This document shows, piece by piece, positions 33,899-39,675 of a stretch of 39,675 nt of DNA. Each line of letters begins with the position of its first letter. Within the stretch, counting starts at the first letter, position 1. The notes under the pieces were generated by a model. It searched no databases and had not been told where the DNA came from. It was given only the letters and a program-made list of their open reading frames with translations. This DNA is from Coniocarpon cinnabarinum (Eukaryota). The translations under genes and the position numbers were made by a program. The DNA is taken from the NCBI GenBank assembly GCA_051942205.1, contig JAVECO010000201.1:1-39675 (forward strand), written 5' to 3'.

Positions 33899-34385
33899 CT
33901 CTTGGGCTCGACGAATGTACAGACTGGCCAGCCATGGTCTGTTATGGCACGGCAAGCTACTTGAGTGTTTTGCAGAAATTTTCTACGCGGTCGGTATACA
34001 TTTGGAGGGGACCTAGGTACGTGAACAAGATTATATAGAAGATCGACGATTGGCTCAGTGCTGGATCATGCGCCGATTTCTTCCGAGGCTGACCATCCAA
34101 GTTCCTACCCTTTTCGGCTTTGGGTCTTGGGAGCTGCCGACAGCGTCATCGACGCGACGATTGAATACGAGATACATTTGCCCTTGCCATTTCATTTACT
34201 TACCATACATCGAAAGTCGATAAATGACCATGATGTGACGTCAAAGGTCGAAAACGCGACATGAACCTGCTGTGCTATGATGAGCGCTCTCTTCCCAATG
34301 ACCAATATCCCATTGAAAGGTTTTGCAACTGTTTAATCAACTGTCTATATGCTTGTCATAGAGCTCTATCTTCATCTGAACTTCG

Positions 34386-36203
34386 TCAATGCAATGGCTT
34401 CTGCCTAATGAACCAAGCTGCGATCGCAGCTCCACACACGAGTCCCAGCTCCACTGCAAATGCGCTGTCTGCACCCATGCCGTAACTGTCCCTGACTTTG
34501 CGCTGTATGCCTGGCTCAAGATCTCTGATCTTGGACAGACTGCGACGTACAGCTTCCTGCACTTTCTCTGCGGCTTCTCCAGACCCCAGTGCCTCTGACA
34601 GAGACCGGCGCAATGTCTGATTGAAGACAGTGGCCGACAAGGACACGCCAGTGGTCGACCCGAGGGTTCTGAATAGGTACAGGCAAGCTGTGGCAACTGC
34701 CTGGTCGTCCCTTTTCGCATTAGCGATCAATGCAATGAGTGAGCTCGTGACACCAATGCCATTTCCAAAGCCGGTGATCATCGCGCCAGAGATGGTTGCA
34801 GGTATAGAATGGATGAGCAAACCCGAGGCGAAAAGAATAATGATCATGCCAGCTACCATCGACAAGTATCCTGCCACATTAAGCCAATAGTACTTGCCCG
34901 TTCTTCGGATCGTAAAGCCAGCAAACAGACTTCCAGATACGCCTGAAATGATCTGTGGTATCATCAGTACGCCTGCTCTCGTCGACGAAGCTCCATAGTA
35001 CCCTTGATAATAGAGACTCAGGTAGAAGAGCGCCGCCAACCAGCCTGCAAAGGAGAAATAGTTGCAGAGATGGCAAGACGTCAGGGTTCGCTGGAACATG
35101 ATGTGAACGGGTGCAATGGGTTCTGAAGCAACCTTGACTTCAACGAGAAGCCAGACACAAGAGAGTACAAAGCTGATAAACAACCCACTCAGTGTGACAG
35201 GATCTGTCCAAGAAAGATTACTACCACGGTCGAGACCGACAAGCAGGGCCAAGACAGCGCAGACGAGGACTGCAGCTCCTAGAAAGTCTATGCGTCGAAG
35301 CTTTTGCATCATGTTAGACTTCTCTTGCTGTGGCAGTCTGAGCGTGGTCCCAACAGCTGCAAAAGCAAGCAAGCACGCGGGAACTTGAGCGAGAAACGAC
35401 CATCGCCATCCAATGCTATCCGCCAGAAGTCCACCCAGAGGCGCGCCAATACTGCCGCCGCTTGCATATACAATGTTGATGTATCTATGCTGCAACGTGA
35501 GTTTTGCTGTTACAGCTGTCAAGGCGGCTTGAAACTTACCCTTGCCATTGCCCGCGCTCTTGTAGAGGTATGGCGTCCGAGAGCAATATGGACACCACCG
35601 TGGTCATGCCGCCACCGCCGATGCCTGCAAATGCCCTGGCCCCTACGAGTTGATTGATGTCACGCGCCAGCCCGCAGCCCAGACAGCCCAAGCCGAAAAT
35701 GAGGTACGCCGTCAACAGACAGGACTTGCGACCAAAGATATCGGAGAGCTTGCCATACAAGGGCTGAAACGAGGTCAAGGTCAGAAAATACCTTGAACCA
35801 GGTCAGCATAGCACCCATGCGCTGTATTATGCAAGTGCTGTCTATACCCCGTCGCGACCCAAGATGTCTTGTTGAGAGCACGCAAGTCGGTACCTATCCG
35901 ACCGTAACTCGAAACGATGAGTGTTTGATCTGCCGCGGCCAGGAAGACACCGATGGACATGGCAGGGAACATGATGCCCATTCGCTGCCTGACTTCCGGT
36001 ATGCCTTCATATTGTCTTTGCCGATCCTCTCGTGTGTCTTGTCGCTCAAGATGAGCACCGTCAGCAACCTGTTGAGCGACGGCTGGACTGTCGGGGATGA
36101 CAGCCACTGGGGGCTCTGCGGTGTCCAAGTGGTGATGGTTTGCATCGAGATGACTGCCATCGAGTAACGGAGTGGTCTCAGAAGACCTTTCGTTACTGCT
36201 CAT
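34386..36203 (-). CDS. MFS transporter, DHA2/VBA (vacuolar basic amino acid / multidrug)-like; exons 36203-35848, 35791-35540, 35484-34386
   Basis: N-terminal acidic dileucine SETTPLL; 'FLAAADQTLIVSSY..IG', 'WVATG|YFLTLTSFQPLYGKLSDIFGRK' (motif A), 'ARAFAGIGGGG', 'ERGQWQG|YIN', 'GAPLGG...IGWRWSF' and 'RIDFLGA'; many TM segments. Introns 35792-35847 and 35485-35539. Confidence 0.92.
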
Positions 36204-36689
36204 CGCTCCGCGCTCTGTGTGCTACCCATGTATTTTATCTCATGAGTGCAAAGAGCGAGATGGAGGAATCTACACGGAACTCAGAGAGATGCAATGGCAA
36301 GCACAGGGTATTTACAACATGAGCACGCATCACATTTATAAGCCGCACAATATCGCTCCGACTTCGTACGATTCATGCCGGGGCGCACGTATGAGCAATG
36401 TGTTGAGCCGAGCGTCTATGACCAATAACCCGAAGAAGAGTTAACTCTTGGCGGTGGAGCGCTTTCACTGTCAGCAATGCTAGTCAGGCACTCAAGTTGT
36501 GGGGGGCCACCTGCAGTCAACAATTTGAAAGATATGCCTCAGCGACAGGGTAAGATATATCATGCCGATACATTGTAACTATACACATTGGATATCCGGA
36601 TACACATTACTCATTAGGCCTGTACAGTTGAGCTGCGGTCCTTACGCGTGTGGGACCGAGAATAAAGCATAGGAGTAGGCATACCCTGC

Positions 36690-39440
36690 TCATCGTGGGT
36701 CACCAAAATACCCACAGACGTCTTCCAGCTCACGATCCCCGTTCGCGAAATCCCAGCCAACAATGACAGGTTCTTGAGAACAACAGACGATCCGGCGTGC
36801 GTCGAACTGCAGTTTGAAAACCCGGTTATTCAGACTCGGCACCTGGGCTGCGGCGGCTTGCATGGGATGGTGGTGGTGGTGAGCATGAGGATGGTGATGA
36901 TGTGGACGGGCGGGGCGATTCATTGCGTTCTGCCAGGCTTGTTGGAGTGTCGCTTGTGTTTGCGGATGCACCGCCGTCGCCTGAGGCTGTGCCCCAGGAG
37001 GCCTTGGAGGATGATGAGGATGAGGGTGCTGAGCTGTAGGTGCCGTGGGGACTTCGGGTGCTGGCACGGGTGGTGCAGGAGGCAATGAAGGCTGTGTTGC
37101 TGCTGCTGCTGCGGTAGCGGCGGCGGCGGCGGCGGCGGCGGGAGTTGTGGTTGCGGTCGCTGCTTCTGAACGAGCTGCAGCATTCGCTTGCACCCCTTGT
37201 TGTCGCGACTGAGGACCAAGACTGTCCAGTAACGCCTGTCGATGCTGCTGTTGCAGCTGTAACATCTGCCATTGATTCTGCTGTAGTTGATGGCGTAGCG
37301 TGCTGGCTTGTGGTTGAGCAGCGATGCTTAACAGCTCTTCACCTGCCTGTCTTCGATGTGCGTCAAGATGAAGCGGAGTGCGGCGTGCAGAGTTGCGCAA
37401 GGCTTCTTCTTGTCGAAGCTCTTTGGCGATGTACCATCTGCCGCTCTTGTCACGTCTCCAAATGATCAGAGTTTCATCGTACGAGCCCGAAACAATCTTC
37501 GACCAGTGTGTGCCTCCACCGCCAGGCGGCAGCTTTGCGCCCATCACGTATGGCTTGGAGCGATCCCGGTTGGGGTCTGTTTCCGATTTCTCCGTCTTGT
37601 CCACATCCATCTGCTGAGCCTTCGCCTCAGCGATTTCCTTGTCACTTGCACGAGCTTGCGCTTCGAGATCCGCATCTTCCAATTGAAAGTCGCCAAACTC
37701 TGCTTGCACAGTCCGAACGAGATTTCGATGTCCATCAAGGAGCGATACCTCAGCGGCAGTGCTTACATCGAATATCCGGACACTGTTGTCACTGCTTCCA
37801 CTGACGATGCGCCGCCCGTCGTACTGAATGCAAGCAATCCCCTTCGAGTGGCCCGAAAAGGTGCGGACAAGCTCACCAGTCTTGATGTTCCAGAGCATTA
37901 CTTTGCGGTCACCAGACGCCGACACAATTTCGTACCCTCGTATTTGCAGAGCGTTGACAGCTGCACCATGGCCGTCAAACGTCATCAGATGGCTGAAAGG
38001 CTCTAGGGCCTCCGCTGAGACTTCCGCAGTCAGTGAAAGCTTGGAAGTGTCAACGATGTGTGTAGGGTAGTGCGCATCGCGACCGTCATTTCGCTGAGGA
38101 TAGTTTGGATCAGCCGGTGATAGGGTCTTACGATTCCAGACTTTAATCGTTTTGTCCTTCGAACAAGTCACCAAGTAAGTCTCGTCAAATCTGAGATTCA
38201 GAACTGATTCGGTATGCGCTCCCGTCATACGCTTAAGCAAGGCTCCATCGGAGAATCGCCAAATGATCACATCGGCGTCACTACCGCCGGAGACGATGAT
38301 ATCCTGTTCTGGCCTCTCATCGAATTGTAGACACAAGACAGAGCCTGTGTGCCCTTCGAGAGGAGGCAGTCTGAGCCTCTGCGTCCGCAAGTCCCACACA
38401 CGTACAGACTTATCGCGACTTCCACTGACGAGATGATTGCCGGAGAATTGCACTGTGTACACACATTGCGTGTGCGTCTCTTCCGGGAAATCAATGTGAG
38501 GCAATCGAAAGTTGATGAATTTACCCGCATACCAGTTCCTCTCCAGTCTTCGTCGCTGTGTGTACAGATATTGCCAGTTCAGTGTTGGATGGTCAAAGAT
38601 TGGATCCATGGTCAGCAGCTTGGCGAATCTGGGCACAGTGAGAGGACAATTTGCGGCTAATAGAGTATTTCCCACGGGTACGCCAGAGACGTCTTGCATC
38701 TCGGTGTCCCCTGAAAAGGGCGGTCTAGGAAGTGCAGCTGTGGGCACACCGATGTCGAGCAGCATATCCGGCAGATCGAGTGTTCCTTCGTTATCGCCCA
38801 GGCTCTGCACGCTCATGTGTCGCACGCTTGCTCGTTGCTGGTGTGCACACAAGTGTTCGAGGATGGAAATGGTCTCAGCCAGCGTTCGACGCTTGTATGC
38901 TCGCGCCAGATTCTCCAAGCCCTGCATCTCCCGGATATTGCAAGCCCATCCCTCTCTCAGGAATAGCCTCCGCCACAGCCGTGGGTCGTGGGCACGATGC
39001 TTCCATGCTCGAGACGCCAGAGCGGCGATGCATAGTGATTTGGGTTGCAGGTAATCGAAGATGCTAGAAATGATCTCTTGAGGCAGGCATGCCACCGGAT
39101 CAAAGTGGAGGCGGTGGTTGGCCTCGCGGACCAGTTCGGCCACGTTGGATGTGGGCAGCGAATGCATCAGTTCGCGCGTAATGAGGATCCTGAGGTCGAC
39201 GGGCTGAGAGAGGAGCCATTGCCTGGCAGCGGACTCGCGCGAACGAGGGACATGACCGGAGCTGTTGCCATTCTCACTGTCACTGTCTGGCTGTTGCGGG
39301 GCCTCTGAGTAGCCTTCGTCGACGCGAAAGGGACTGGGAGCAGCGCCGCGGTCGGGGAGAGGCTTGGTGTAGCGGACGTAGGGTGGAGCGGAGACAGGCG
39401 AGACGTCGTCGTCTTCTTCGTCAGACGAGGCGCACGACAT
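36690..39440 (-). CDS. fwd-1: F-box/WD40 SCF substrate receptor, beta-TrCP/FWD-1-like (916 aa)
   Basis: F-box 'DPVACLPQEIISSIFDYL....L...ALASRAW'; WD repeats 'HTQCVYTVQF...LVSGSRDKSVRVWD', 'GHTGSVLCLQFD', 'AHTESVLNLRFD..YLVTCSKDKTIKVW', 'GHGAAVNALQ..IVSASGDR', 'GHSKGIACIQYDG..IVSGSSD', 'GHRNLVRT' and a final 'RVFKLQFDARRIVCCSQ' that closely parallels beta-TrCP. Confidence 0.88.
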   Translation of the reverse strand: MSCASSDEEDDDVSPVSAPPYVRYTKPLPDRGAAPSPFRVDEGYSEAPQQPDSDSENGNSSGHVPRSRESAARQWLLSQPVDLRILITRELMHSLPTSNVAELVREANHRLHFDPVACLPQEIISSIFDYLQPKSLCIAALASRAWKHRAHDPRLWRRLFLREGWACNIREMQGLENLARAYKRRTLAETISILEHLCAHQQRASVRHMSVQSLGDNEGTLDLPDMLLDIGVPTAALPRPPFSGDTEMQDVSGVPVGNTLLAANCPLTVPRFAKLLTMDPIFDHPTLNWQYLYTQRRRLERNWYAGKFINFRLPHIDFPEETHTQCVYTVQFSGNHLVSGSRDKSVRVWDLRTQRLRLPPLEGHTGSVLCLQFDERPEQDIIVSGGSDADVIIWRFSDGALLKRMTGAHTESVLNLRFDETYLVTCSKDKTIKVWNRKTLSPADPNYPQRNDGRDAHYPTHIVDTSKLSLTAEVSAEALEPFSHLMTFDGHGAAVNALQIRGYEIVSASGDRKVMLWNIKTGELVRTFSGHSKGIACIQYDGRRIVSGSSDNSVRIFDVSTAAEVSLLDGHRNLVRTVQAEFGDFQLEDADLEAQARASDKEIAEAKAQQMDVDKTEKSETDPNRDRSKPYVMGAKLPPGGGGTHWSKIVSGSYDETLIIWRRDKSGRWYIAKELRQEEALRNSARRTPLHLDAHRRQAGEELLSIAAQPQASTLRHQLQQNQWQMLQLQQQHRQALLDSLGPQSRQQGVQANAAARSEAATATTTPAAAAAAAATAAAAATQPSLPPAPPVPAPEVPTAPTAQHPHPHHPPRPPGAQPQATAVHPQTQATLQQAWQNAMNRPARPHHHHPHAHHHHHPMQAAAAQVPSLNNRVFKLQFDARRIVCCSQEPVIVGWDFANGDRELEDVCGYFGDPR
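37097..37140 (-). repeat. Coding GCC/GCA trinucleotide repeats encoding a poly-Ala tract in the FWD-1-like protein
   Basis: GCT and GCG runs on the + strand; the protein reads PAAAAAAAATAAAAATQ. Confidence 0.85.
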
Positions 39441-39675
39441 GGTGGGGTGTCAAGGTGTTGAGAGGCGAGGGTTGAGGATCCGGGAGAGATGGACGGAGAT
39501 GAGAAGACGAATCAATGGAGGCCCGGGGTTGGGCGAGGGACGGAGAGAGTCCGGTGTGGGAGCAGGAGAGGGCTAATGAGGTCAAGTGTGTGTGAGCGAG
39601 CGGTGATGGAGGATGAGCAGGGGGGGAGAGTTGGGTTGTGATGATCGGCGGTGCAGGGGTCTGGGGGTGCAATGA

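Noticed and set aside
8080..36203. Secondary-metabolite cluster (P450 + ABC + MFS)
   Set aside because: No backbone enzyme (PKS, NRPS or terpene synthase) and no cluster regulator; the transporters are conserved housekeeping types and the P450 is broken.
25504..39440. Functional link between the cyclin (TP degrons) and the nearby F-box protein
   Set aside because: TP-type phosphodegrons are Cdc4/Grr1-type substrates, not beta-TrCP-type; proximity alone is not evidence.
39421..39672. 83-aa Pro/Ser/His-rich ORF overlapping the F-box start
   Set aside because: Starts at TTG, not ATG, and simply reflects the CT-rich 5' leader of the F-box gene.
1..39675. CRISPR arrays, tRNA/rRNA genes, telomeric repeats
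   Set aside because: No regularly spaced repeats, recognisable structural RNA genes or (TTAGGG)n arrays seen by eye; a covariance-model scan would be needed to exclude small RNAs.

Overview
Eukaryotic, intron-containing DNA from a filamentous ascomycete (Pezizomycotina; the RIP signature and gene set support this, finer taxonomy is not determinable here). (1) 1-~3250 is an AT-rich, RIP-mutated block: the 3' part of a Ty3/gypsy chromovirus (RNase H, integrase, chromodomain, PPT, ~207-bp 3' LTR) followed by an unidentifiable AT-rich relic. (2) Next is a tail-to-tail core gene pair, DBP7 and ASA1. (3) ~7.2-20.0 kb looks like an accessory island: a cytochrome P450 broken by one in-frame TGA, an apparently intact 6-exon fungal NLR (HeLo-like/SesA-type N-terminus, NACHT, ankyrin; ~1153 aa), a small tandem GRF-like zinc-ribbon gene and two or three spliced orphan genes. 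(4) 21.1-39.4 kb holds conserved genes, all on the minus strand: an ADP1-type EGF/ABCG transporter, a G1-type cyclin with a very long, ATG-poor, uORF- and intron-containing leader, an NRAMP/SMF metal transporter, a VBA-like MFS transporter and an FWD-1/beta-TrCP-like F-box/WD40 protein. Exon structures were inferred by hand from GT..AG signals, branch points and frame continuity, and need RNA-seq confirmation. No database searches were run.
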